From: Candidatus Spongiisociaceae bacterium
GTDB taxonomy: Bacteria; Actinomycetota; Acidimicrobiia; Spongiisociales; Spongiisociaceae
Assembly: GCA_965262915.1 (NCBI GenBank)
Contig: OZ253564.1
Span: 1,120,001 to 1,184,000, forward strand
DNA length: 64,000 nt
Reading direction: 5' to 3'
Shown here: positions 29,602 to 39,360 of the stretch, piece after piece
Position numbering within the stretch: the stretch's first letter is position 1
How the letters are laid out: each line of letters begins with the position of its first letter
The notes under the pieces: generated by a model
Databases searched by the model: none
What the model saw: only the letters and a program-made list of their open reading frames with translations
Told to the model about the DNA's origin: nothing
Translations under genes and position numbers: made by a program

Positions 29602-30596
29602 TCAGTCTTCGGTGAGGTTTTCGGAGCTCAGTTGATAATGGCGTCTGGCGTAGTCGGGGGAGATGTGGCCGTCGGCGGTCGGCTAGGACGGCCTGGGGGT
29701 CGCGTTCGAAGGGGGTCTCCGTAGCCACCTCCGCCGCCGGTGTAGCAGCGGACGGTGTCTCCTTTGCGGAGGGGCGTGCGGTTGGTCTTTAGGCGGCGGG
29801 TTTCTCTGGGGGTTCCGGGGTTGATGATTACTTCGGGGGGTGCTCCGTCCTTTCCGCCGTAGAGGCCCCAGGCGGGGTTGCCGGAGCGTTCGAATCAGAG
29901 GCTCATCTCGGTGTCGGTGGTCATCTGGTATTCCCTGATGATGCCGTTGCCTCCCCGCCATTGGCCGGGTCCGGCGGAGTCCTGGCGGTAGCTGTAGTCG
30001 GTGATCCGGGCGGGGAACTTGGACTCGAACACTTCGATGGGCATGTCGTGGAAGTTGCCGGACAGGGTCCAGATCATGCCGTCCTCCCCGTCGCGGCCTA
30101 GGGAGGGTCCCCATCCCCCCACGTGGGGTTCGTTGTCGAGGAACAGTCCGTTGGTGCGGGGGTTGATGCCGGTGAACTGGAAGATCATCCCGTCGCCGTA
30201 GTGGGCGGCCGGAACCGTATCGGGCAAGGCCGGGGAGAGAGCTAAACAGATCAGGTCGATCATCAGGCCCAGGGGGGTGAAGTAGAACTGGCAGGCGGCG
30301 GGGGAACGGGCGCCGAGTATCGACCCGGGTCGGGTTCGCACCTCCAGGGGCCGGAAGGTGCCTCCGTTGACGGGATGGTGTGAGTTGAAGAGGTATTTGA
30401 AGGCCAGGCGGCAGGCCGACAGTGTCTGGACGGCTCCACAGTTGATGGAATCCTGGCCCGGGCCGTCGGTGTCGCTGAGGTTGAAGATCAGGCGTTCTCC
30501 TTCAACGGTGATCTTCACGCGTATCCGGACGGGATCGTCTCCTACTCCGTCGGAGTCCAGGAAGCCTTCGGCGGTGTAGACCCCGTCGGGGATTGC
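29602..30596 (-). pseudogene. Hydantoinase B 3' fragment, copy 7 (longest; internal stop and frameshifts)
   Basis: AIPDGVYTAEGFLDSDG ... RRHYQLSSENLTED-stop; TGA replaces Trp at 29895. Confidence 0.9.
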
Positions 30597-30662
30597 TCAA
30601 GAACGGTCGTGGTGGTTGGCCCTTGGGTACGATAGGTTCGGAGCCCCAGAAGGAGAAGGCCG

Positions 30663-31703
30663 TTGCGTAGAGTCCCTACCACAGCCGCCGCCGGCGCCGA
30701 GTTGGTACCGATGTTCAGAGACCACATGGAGTTGTGCGGGGTCGGTCCCGGACAGACCGTCATGGCCTTCACCAACACCCAGAGCAACCCCGCCTACGTC
30801 ACCGCTCTGATGGGAGCGGTGAGAGTGCTGGGCGCCGACTTCTTCCAGATAGTGGTGGCGGCCGACGACTCCTGGATGAAGTCGCGCACCATTGTCGACG
30901 CCTGGAAAGGATGCGACATGGTGGTGGGCCTCCTGGCCAGCATGGGATCGCACTGGATCTACTCCGACGCCCACAACGAGGCTCTGGCGGCGGGCGTCCG
31001 CTCCCTGATGATCGAAGAACCTGAAGACCACCTGCGCCGCCTCTTTCCCATTCCGGTGATCCGCGAGCGCGGTGAGGCCAGCGTGAAGTACATGGGCATG
31101 TCGGACACGATGCGGGTCTGGTCAGAAGCCGGGACCGACCTGACGGTCCGCTACACGGGCCGGCCGCTCGGATGCCAGTACGGCTACACCGACAAGCCGG
31201 GACGGTGGGATCATTGGCCGTCGGGGCAGTGCGCAGTGGCTCCGCTGGAGGACTCGGCTGAGGGGACCCTGGTGGTGGACGCCGGCGATGCGCTTCTGCC
31301 GATGGGAAAGTACGTGGAACAGCCGATCCGTATGGAACTGCGGGAGGGCAGCATCGTCTCGATCGAGGGGGGTGCCGACTCCCGACTCCTGAAGGACTTC
31401 TTCGAGCTTCCCAAGGACAAGCGGGCCTACGGTCTTTCCCACATCGGATGGGGGTTCGAGCACCGGGCCAACTGGAACGCCCTCGGCCTGCGCTTCTGGG
31501 AAGGCGGGGGAATGATGGATACCGAGAGCTACTACGGCAACATGCTGATCGCTTTCGGCGCCAACTTCTTCCGCAAGCTGGGCGGAGAGAACCGCGCCGA
31601 TTTCCACTTCGATATTCCGACTCGCAGCCACTCCATCTGGATCGGGGATACCCAGATCATCGATCGGGGCAACTTCGTGGTGCCCGGGTTCGAACTGGAA
31701 TAG
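30663..31703 (+). CDS. 2,5-dihydroxypyridine dioxygenase (NicX)-like protein
   Basis: QYGYTDKPGRWDHWPSG, SHIGWG, HFDIP; GGAGAAGG RBS. Confidence 0.78.
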   Translation: MRRVPTTAAAGAELVPMFRDHMELCGVGPGQTVMAFTNTQSNPAYVTALMGAVRVLGADFFQIVVAADDSWMKSRTIVDAWKGCDMVVGLLASMGSHWIYSDAHNEALAAGVRSLMIEEPEDHLRRLFPIPVIRERGEASVKYMGMSDTMRVWSEAGTDLTVRYTGRPLGCQYGYTDKPGRWDHWPSGQCAVAPLEDSAEGTLVVDAGDALLPMGKYVEQPIRMELREGSIVSIEGGADSRLLKDFFELPKDKRAYGLSHIGWGFEHRANWNALGLRFWEGGGMMDTESYYGNMLIAFGANFFRKLGGENRADFHFDIPTRSHSIWIGDTQIIDRGNFVVPGFELE

Positions 31704-31717
31704 TGGGGCACTCGAGC

Positions 31718-32473
31718 ATGCGACTCAAGGACAAAGTTGCGGTGGTCACCGGCTCCTCCCGCTCCATCGGGAGGGCCATCGCGCTCGGGTACGGGCGAGA
31801 AGGGGCCAAGCTGGTGGTCAACTACCGCAGTGACGAGGGAGCGGCCAACTCGGCCGTGGCCGAGATCGAGGCAATTGGGTCGGAGGCCATCGCGGTACGA
31901 GCCGACACCTCCTCATCCTCGGATGTGAATCGGTTGATGGCCGCCGCCGTCGATCGCTTCGGGCGGATCGACATCCTGGTCAACAACGCCGCGATCCTGA
32001 TCCGCACCCCGTTCCTCCAGATCGAGGAGTCCGAATGGGACCGGATTCTGGAAGTGAACCTCAAGGGATTCTTCCTGTGCTCCCAAGCGGCCGCCCGCCA
32101 GATGGTGTGCCAGGGAGACGGTGGCGTGATCATCAACATGTCGTCGAGCGGCGACACGCTGGCCGGACGGGACGTCACCCACTACTGCGTGGCCAAGGGA
32201 GGGGTGCGGATGCTCACCCGGCAGCTGGCCTTAGAGTTGGCTCCCTACAAGATCCGCGCCAACGCCATCGCTCCGGGATTGATCGAGACGGATCTGAACC
32301 GATCGGACCTGGCCGAACCCGAGTTCCGCAAGTATCGACTCTCCATGATCCCCCTCGGCATCATCGGGGTTCCCGAGGACATAGTCGGAGCGGCGGTCTT
32401 CCTCGCCACCGAGGAGTCCAGGATGGCCACAGGCGCCACTTTCTACCTGGATGCCGGCCAGACCATTGCTTGA
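31718..32473 (+). CDS. SDR family oxidoreductase
   Basis: VVTGSSRSIG, LVNNA, YCVAK. Confidence 0.92.
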   Translation: MRLKDKVAVVTGSSRSIGRAIALGYGREGAKLVVNYRSDEGAANSAVAEIEAIGSEAIAVRADTSSSSDVNRLMAAAVDRFGRIDILVNNAAILIRTPFLQIEESEWDRILEVNLKGFFLCSQAAARQMVCQGDGGVIINMSSSGDTLAGRDVTHYCVAKGGVRMLTRQLALELAPYKIRANAIAPGLIETDLNRSDLAEPEFRKYRLSMIPLGIIGVPEDIVGAAVFLATEESRMATGATFYLDAGQTIA

Positions 32474-32546
32474 CCGATGCAGGGAGTCCCACCGCTCCTC
32501 GTTCGGTGGAACTCGAACAACCACCCTCGCCTGAAACCGGGGAGGG

Positions 32547-33281
32547 TCAGGGCTGGTCCTCGGTTGGAGCCGGGGTGTGGAATGGTGCGTCGAACAGGGC
32601 TGTGTAGGAGATCACGAGTTGTTCGAGCGCGGTTGATTGGAGTACGGCGGTGGCGGGTCGGAGTTCGACGATGGTGTATGTCTCGGTTCCCAGGCGTATC
32701 TGTCGGCCTTCTCGGAGGTGAGGGGATAGGGCTCGTCCGGCGGCGATCGACTGGGCAACGGCGCGGCCGCCCAGCCCTCCGAGGAGGGCAGCTGTGAGCC
32801 CTGCTGAGAACACGACCCCGGCGGTGAGCACGATGAGGATGGTGGTCTCGACCCCGAGTTGACCTAGCGCGAGGACGGCGGAGCCGGCGATGATGGCTGC
32901 TCGTAGGGTGCGTTCCGCCAGTCGGCTTCGATTGCCGGTTGCACGCTCGAACGCGCGGGCGATCGATCGTGATGCGGCTGCTGCGACGGCGTAGCCTACG
33001 AGCAGAACGAGGCCTGCGGCGATGACGTTGGGGAGCCAGTTGAGGATCTGGCGTGGGAGCGGCTTGAGCGTTTCCGGGCTGAGGGTGGCCATGGCGATGA
33101 TGACGCCGGCGGCGGTAGCGAGCCAGAAGAGGAACAGGCTCGCGGGTCCGGCGATCTCGCGTATGGCGCTTCGGTTCGTCTCCTTCTGTAGGGAGTGTCG
33201 CAGCCAGGCACCTCCGACTACTCCGGTTGCGAGGCCGACTCCGACGGCTATTGCGGCAATCAGCCAGTGGTTGTCAATCAC
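32547..33281 (-). CDS. Mechanosensitive-channel/TM_helix (CmpX-like) membrane protein
   Basis: WLPNVIAAGLVLLVG, ALGQLGV, GLGGR...IAAG. Confidence 0.7.
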   Translation of the reverse strand: MIDNHWLIAAIAVGVGLATGVVGGAWLRHSLQKETNRSAIREIAGPASLFLFWLATAAGVIIAMATLSPETLKPLPRQILNWLPNVIAAGLVLLVGYAVAAAASRSIARAFERATGNRSRLAERTLRAAIIAGSAVLALGQLGVETTILIVLTAGVVFSAGLTAALLGGLGGRAVAQSIAAGRALSPHLREGRQIRLGTETYTIVELRPATAVLQSTALEQLVISYTALFDAPFHTPAPTEDQP

Positions 33282-33582
33282 GGGGGCTCCACTGGTCGGG
33301 TTCGAGAATCGTTCTGGTCGTCTCCCATGCGAGTCCCATGAGATCGGCGACCAGCCAGGCTGTGTATCTGCTCCGGAGCCGTCGCTGCACGCCCCGAGTG
33401 ATGCGATCTTCCAGATCCGGAGGTATCTGCCAAAGGGGGTCGAGCCCGGTACCGGTCCGTTCTGCGGCTGTGAGTGCCTCGTCCAGGGCGCTCATGTCGA
33501 GGCCGAGTTCGTCCAGGGCGACTGCTATGTCCAGATCGTCGACGACCCGGCTTGAGGGCGATGCCGGGTGGGCTGTCTTCAT
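33274..33582 (-). CDS. Hypothetical protein, possible anti-sigma partner
   Basis: Translationally coupled downstream of the ECF sigma gene. Confidence 0.5.
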   Translation of the reverse strand: MKTAHPASPSSRVVDDLDIAVALDELGLDMSALDEALTAAERTGTGLDPLWQIPPDLEDRITRGVQRRLRSRYTAWLVADLMGLAWETTRTILEPDQWSPRD

Positions 33583-34124
33583 GGTTCACCTCGTTCGACA
33601 GCTGCGGCTAGGCGCCGGCGGGCACGAAACAGCCGGATCTTGACCTGGCCGATCGTGATTCCGAGCGCCTCGGCGATCCCATCGTATGTGAGACCTTCAC
33701 CTTCTCGCAACGCCATGATCGTTCGCGAGAGAGGGTCGAGTTGAGCGAAGGTGAGGATCGCAGCGTGTAGCTCGGCGGCGGCAACGACTCTCCGCTCCGC
33801 GCTCGGGGCTGTACGCGGTGGTATCCACTGGGGGTCCCATGCTTGTTCGCGCGTGGATCTGAGCGTGGAGACTGCTGTGTTGTGGACTATGCGCAGCAGC
33901 CATCCCCGGAAGGAGCCGTCAGAGCGGTACGAGTCAAGTTTCAGCCAGGCCTTGATGGTCGCTTCCTGAACCACGTCCTCGGCCAGGGCGCTGTCGCGGA
34001 CCACTGCTACCGCGACCCTGAACATGGCCCGCCCGTGAAGGTTGATGATCTCACCAACGGCATCCACTCCCGGGTCTCCGGGGGCCACCTCGGGGGCTTC
34101 TCCTCGTGTGAGCAACGAACCCAT
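33579..34124 (-). CDS. ECF RNA polymerase sigma factor
   Basis: AEDVVQE, FRGWLLRIVHN, LTYDGIAEALG..VKIRLFRARRRL. Confidence 0.92.
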   Translation of the reverse strand: MGSLLTRGEAPEVAPGDPGVDAVGEIINLHGRAMFRVAVAVVRDSALAEDVVQEATIKAWLKLDSYRSDGSFRGWLLRIVHNTAVSTLRSTREQAWDPQWIPPRTAPSAERRVVAAAELHAAILTFAQLDPLSRTIMALREGEGLTYDGIAEALGITIGQVKIRLFRARRRLAAAVERGEP

Positions 34125-34379
34125 GCCCAGGAGGATATGACCGGGCCCCGAGTTGCACCGAAATCATTCTCCGTAACTTTCCGCCCCCGGGTGCGTCCCC
34201 TGAGCAAGACCACGACTGCGGGGGCGGAATGGTCATTCCCCGCCCGCACCAGATTGGGGAGGTGAGGACACGGCGGCCAAGACACAACAGAGACCCCAGC
34301 CGCTCTATCCGAGCCGCCGATGACAGACGGCGAGGCAACAAGGCACAACGGAAAGAACCACACCACAGAACGGAGGTAA

Positions 34380-35039
34380 TTGATGCAAGACCTAATCAGA
34401 GGGCTTTCGGATGGCCTGGCGAACGCCGGCGAGACCATCCTCTCATTCCTGCCGAGGCTGATCGGCGCCCTGGTAATCCTGATTGTCGGATGGCTCGTGG
34501 CCCGGTTGATACACAGGGCGTTTCAACGGCTTCTGAAGGCAGTGGGCCTCGACACCTTGCTGGAACGTGCAGGACTATCGGACCGGCTTCAGGCGGCCGG
34601 CTATACCGCTACCGACCTGGCAGCGCGAGCGATCTACTGGATCGCTCTGCTGGTGGTGTTTCTCCTCACGGCCGAAGCTCTCGATGTCGACTATCTCAGT
34701 GACATCCTGACGGGGCTGATCGGATACCTACCGCTGGTGGTGGTGGCCATAGTCATCGTCATCGTGGCGGCTGCGGTGGGTGCATTTCTCGCCGAGTTGT
34801 CTACTCCCTGGTCGCGGGAACGCCATATCCGGTGGCTCCCCGCGGCAGCGCGATGGGTGATGATCGGCCTCGGGATATTCGTCGCTCTGAACACGCTGAA
34901 CATCGGCGAGGAGATAGTCAACACCCTCTTCGTAGCCGTGGTAGGGACGGTGGGCGCCACGCTGGTGATCGCCTTCGGCGTGGGAGGAATCTCCGCGGCG
35001 AAGGAGTGGTGGAGCAGGATCCTGCCCAAAGACGACTGA
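34380..35039 (+). CDS. TM_helix repeat (CmpX-like) membrane protein
   Basis: FLPRLIGALVILIVGW and YLPLVVVAIVI repeats; AFGVGG; GGAGG RBS. Confidence 0.8.
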   Translation: MMQDLIRGLSDGLANAGETILSFLPRLIGALVILIVGWLVARLIHRAFQRLLKAVGLDTLLERAGLSDRLQAAGYTATDLAARAIYWIALLVVFLLTAEALDVDYLSDILTGLIGYLPLVVVAIVIVIVAAAVGAFLAELSTPWSRERHIRWLPAAARWVMIGLGIFVALNTLNIGEEIVNTLFVAVVGTVGATLVIAFGVGGISAAKEWWSRILPKDD

Positions 35040-35616
35040 CCCGAGGAGAGGGCGTTCCCTTGGGAGAAGGCCGAAAAAAGGTGGTGGCGCCTGGCCCGTC
35101 GTCCGCCGACCAGGTAGCTTGCCATCGGCCGCCGGGTCGGCGGGGGGGTTCTCAGTACTCTCCTGGTGACTTTGCCCCCGAGTCGGTTATCAGAAACCGG
35201 TAACCGGCTCGGAGGCCACCGCGCCGGCAGGTGGTGTTAAGGGATTCCACCAGTTGAGGTGCTATTCCGGTCTGTCGCCCGGAGTGCAACAAGCCTCAGC
35301 TGGTGGAAGACCCTTTGCGCGCACACATGACCCCGGAGTTGTTGGATCGCTGGGCGGGTCGGCGTGCGAGGCTCTGATTACCTCACCGGCCTCGGTCCAT
35401 CCCCTCATGCTGTCACCGGTGGCTGACGCCAAACCCAGCTTCGCCCTCGGCACCGTGTCGATCGAGGCCGAGGGTTGGAGGAAGTGCATGGTGCCCGCCC
35501 GGGGAGGGCAATGTGCCGGCTCGATCCGAGTCCACCACGACAGCACGACCGTCGCCTACCGATGTAAGCGAGTCGGCGCCGCCAAACCTCGGGGCCACCG
35601 CTGTATCGTGGTATGA

Positions 35617-37860
35617 ATGATGGTTGCTGTTCTGGCGGCTGGCGGGTCGGGGGGGTTCACCCTTCTGGATGAACACCAGTTGCTCGTTTTCCTGGTGCAG
35701 TTGGCGCTGCTGGTGGGTGGGGCCCGCTTGCTGGGGGGTCTCGCCAACAAGTTGCAACAGCCACCTGTGGTGGGTCAGATCCTTGCGGGAGTCTTGATCG
35801 GCCCGAGCGTCCTGGGCAATTTCTACCCGGGCGTCTTCGATTGGCTCTTCTCCGACCCGACTGTCGGGTCCGTCGTGTACGGGCTGGCGTGGCTAGCCGT
35901 GATCATGGTGTTGGTGGTCATCGGGTACGAGACCGATCTGGGAATCATCATGCGTTTACGCCGGGCTGCTGTCAACGTCTCGGCGGGAGCCCTGCTGCTG
36001 CCGTTGGTCACGGTGGGGCTGGTGGCGCTCCTGACCCCGTCTTCGTTCATAGGGGATTCCGGGAGGGGTCTGTACGCGGCTTTCATGGCGTTGGCCCTCT
36101 CGGTGGCGGCTCTGCCCGTGGTTGCCAAGATACTGCTCGACCTGGGGATGCTACGGCGTAACTTCGGTCAGGTGACCCTGGCGGTGAGCATGACGATGGA
36201 CACCGTCGGGTGGCTCATTCTGGCCGGGCTGGCCGGAATAGCTCGGGAAGGCTTCAGCGCCTCCGACCTACTCGCCTCCCTCGGGGGCTTGGTCTTGTTC
36301 CTGGCGCTGGCGGCCACCATCGGTCGGTGGTTACTCAACCAGGCGATGCGCCTGGCGCTGCGGCGCGGGCGGAACCTGCCGGCGGCTCTCACGGTGAGCC
36401 TGGTGGCGGCCATCGTAGGTGGCGCAGTGACCCAGGCCCTGGGTCTCGAGGCCATCCTGGGAGCGTTCATCGTGGGAATCATCCTCGCCACGCTGCGCTA
36501 TCAGGTCGGCGCGGTACGGCATGTCCTGGAGATGGTGACAGACTCCTTCTTCGCTCCCATATTCTTCGCGTTCAGCGGACTTCGGGTCGACATCGCCTTG
36601 CTGGCAAGCCCCAGCGCCGCTATCTGGACGGTGGTGCTCATCGTGGTAGCGGTAGCCGCCAAGGTCTTCGGCGCCCTGGTGGGTGCGCGCCACTCGGGTC
36701 TCACCTCGAAGGAGGGATTGGCCCTGGGGTCGGGACTGTCGGCGCTCGGCGCTATGGGGATCGTGGTCGCGCTGGTGGGCCTGAGCCTGGGCGTTCTGAG
36801 CGACACCGGGTACACCGTGATCGTGCTGGCGGCCGTCGTAACCTCGCTCGTCGCTCCGATCATGCTGAAGATGGCGGTGCGGGGGATGGAAGCAGCGGAG
36901 GAGGAGCGGTCTCGGTTGGAGTCGGAGGCTATCCGATCGCAGGCGCAGATTCTGGGATCGGAGCGCATTCTCCTACCTACCCGGGGAGGAGCCAACAGTG
37001 TGTACGCGGCCAATCAACTGAAGGCTCTGTTCCCGGAGGCTGAAGTGACCGTGCTGACGGTCTCCGATCAGCAGCATGATTGGCGGAAGCGACTGCTCGG
37101 GACCGCAGCCGAGGAGGACGCAGGCCCGGAAGAAGCGATCAGGACGCTCGGGTCCGATCGGAATCGGCTGATCCGTCGACGGCGAGCGGACCCGGTCGAA
37201 GCAATTCTCGACGAGGCCGCTTTGGGTTATGACTTGGTGGTGTTGGGAGCTACCGAGCCCACCGACGGCAGCCAGGTTTTCTCGTCGGTGATCGACCGGG
37301 TACTGGCAAGGCTGGAGTTACCTACCCTCATCTTCCGCTATCCCAGTCCCGACGGGCAGGGCCGGCTACCGGACTCGGCTTCTCTCCCCGTGCGCACGGT
37401 GCTGTTGTCGGTCGAATCGAACCGGGCCTCCCGCGCCGCTGAGGAGGTGGCCTATTCCTTGGCCGCCCACAACGACGGGATGGTTCTCGCACTGCATCTG
37501 ATCGCCGAGACCCGCGACGCGGCGTTCTATCTCGACCCGTCGAGCACTACTCAGAATCACAAGGCCGGGTTGGAGTTGGTGGAGGAATCAGTTGCTTTCG
37601 GGGAACGACTGGGGGCGAAGGTGAACGCCGATGTCAAACCGGTTACCCAGCTGGCGGGAGATCTGGTGGAAACCGCTAACACCGGGAATTGGGATCTCTT
37701 GGTCATGGGCGCCACCAACCGGCCGCTCAGCAAACGACCTTTCTTCGGATACGACATGTCGTACGTGATCAAACATGTCACCAGTCCGATGGTGGTAGTG
37801 GCCATACCCGACCTCGTGTCCCGGTATGCGTCCACGGACCGCGGGAGCGAAGCTGTTTGA
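35617..37860 (+). CDS. Cation:proton antiporter (CPA2) with C-terminal USP domains
   Basis: QPPVVGQILAGVLIGPS, FAPIFF, RILLPTRGG, DLLVMG. Confidence 0.9.
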   Translation: MMVAVLAAGGSGGFTLLDEHQLLVFLVQLALLVGGARLLGGLANKLQQPPVVGQILAGVLIGPSVLGNFYPGVFDWLFSDPTVGSVVYGLAWLAVIMVLVVIGYETDLGIIMRLRRAAVNVSAGALLLPLVTVGLVALLTPSSFIGDSGRGLYAAFMALALSVAALPVVAKILLDLGMLRRNFGQVTLAVSMTMDTVGWLILAGLAGIAREGFSASDLLASLGGLVLFLALAATIGRWLLNQAMRLALRRGRNLPAALTVSLVAAIVGGAVTQALGLEAILGAFIVGIILATLRYQVGAVRHVLEMVTDSFFAPIFFAFSGLRVDIALLASPSAAIWTVVLIVVAVAAKVFGALVGARHSGLTSKEGLALGSGLSALGAMGIVVALVGLSLGVLSDTGYTVIVLAAVVTSLVAPIMLKMAVRGMEAAEEERSRLESEAIRSQAQILGSERILLPTRGGANSVYAANQLKALFPEAEVTVLTVSDQQHDWRKRLLGTAAEEDAGPEEAIRTLGSDRNRLIRRRRADPVEAILDEAALGYDLVVLGATEPTDGSQVFSSVIDRVLARLELPTLIFRYPSPDGQGRLPDSASLPVRTVLLSVESNRASRAAEEVAYSLAAHNDGMVLALHLIAETRDAAFYLDPSSTTQNHKAGLELVEESVAFGERLGAKVNADVKPVTQLAGDLVETANTGNWDLLVMGATNRPLSKRPFFGYDMSYVIKHVTSPMVVVAIPDLVSRYASTDRGSEAV

Positions 37861-37887
37861 GGCTATCGGCGATTCTTGTGCCGAGCG

Positions 37888-39128
37888 TCACTCCAGCCCG
37901 ATCGGGTAGGTGGAGAGAACCTCGCGACCGTTTTCGGTAACCAGCACCTGTTGTTCCAGCTTTACTCCCTGCCCCCAACCCCGACGTGCCACGAAGGACT
38001 CGACACAGATCACCATTCCGGGTTCCAGTGCACCGTCCTGCTCCGCCGTGTCCCATGTGTGGGGAAACCCGATCATCGGCCACTCGTCGGCCATACCCAC
38101 GCCGTGGTATTGAAGCGAGTAATGGTTGAACTGCTCGATGTCGGGGAGGAGTGAGTCGAAAGTCAGCTCCCGGAAGGTGACACCGGGCCGAACGATGTCG
38201 ACGTTGTGGTGTATCACCTCCTCGGCTCGATCGAAAATGTCCCGCTGGTTGGCGTCGGGGCGCCGAGTACCGGCGATCCATGTACGGGAGACGTCGATAC
38301 ACACGCCGAAGGCACCGATCAGGTCGGTATCGAAGGCCACCAGGTCGCCGTTTTCGATTACCCGAGCGGAGGCTTCCTGGTACCAAGGGTTCGTGCGGGG
38401 ACCGGAGCAGAGCAGGCGGGTCTCGATCCACTCGCCGCCTCGGACGATGTTCTCGGCGTGGAGGACCGCCCACAGATCCAATTCGGTCATGCCGGGTTCG
38501 AGGGCTGAGCGCATCGCGTCCAGCGCGTGTTCGGTCGCCACCATCACCGCCTTCATGAGCGCGATCTCCTCAGGGCTCTTGATGGAGCGCGATAGTTCCA
38601 TCACCTCGTCGCCGCTGCGCAACTGGAGTCCGTGGTTCCCGAGAGCATGGATGGCGTCGGGACTGGCGCGGTCGATCGCCACCCGCCTGTTGCCCCCTCC
38701 GTGTTCATCGACCAGACCGGCCAACTCGGCCGACCAGAGTGCCAGATTGGGATCCATCCGGGGGTTCCCGACGGCGCGTACATCCACAGCGTGGCGGGCC
38801 GCACCTCGTCGACCACGCTCGTATGTCCTGCCAGGAAGTCGGCCCTCTTATAGTCGAAGAGGATCGTCGGACCCTCGGCAGCCACCCAGAGATAGCGGTA
38901 AGGGTTATGCGAGGTCCACACAGACATGTTGGTGGTGTCAGACGCGTAGCGGATGTGAACCGGGTCGTACCCGATGACGCCGGCGTAGTCCAGGTGCTGG
39001 AGCCGGCTACGTACCCGGTTGAGGCGGTACCGGCGGACTGCGTCCAGATCGGGGAGGACGATCCCGGCCGCCTCGATCTCGGAGAGGGCCAAGCCGGGCA
39101 GCCCGATAGTGTGCCGGTTGTCGGCCAC
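37888..39128 (-). pseudogene. dddP: DddP-like M24 family protein (DMSP lyase), one frameshift near 38780
   Basis: YRLNR..DPVHIRYASDTTNM.VWTSHN; GGEWIETRLL.SGPRTNPWYQE; DTDLIG; HGVGMADEWP; CVES; KLEQQV. Confidence 0.8.
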
Positions 39129-39360
39129 GGCACGGTGATACTCATCGGATGTGCCAGAAGTAGGCCCGATGCGCCGGCGGACGCGTGACCCTACCGTGCC
39201 GTCTGACTGCACACTTTTCACTCTAGCCCCGATGGTCAGATACGCGATGGGATGTCGAGTGATCCACATGCGTAGATGGTTATTGCGTCCCCGTGCCCCT
39301 GCGGGTTCGGAGCCCATGGGTTATGATGTTTCTTTCCTCGGATCAGGAGTAGGAGGATCC

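Noticed and set aside
2198-30596. Repeats as a CRISPR array or integron attC sites
   Set aside because: Units are 0.2-1 kb protein-coding fragments with kb-scale spacing; no cas or intI gene and no attC-like palindromes were seen.
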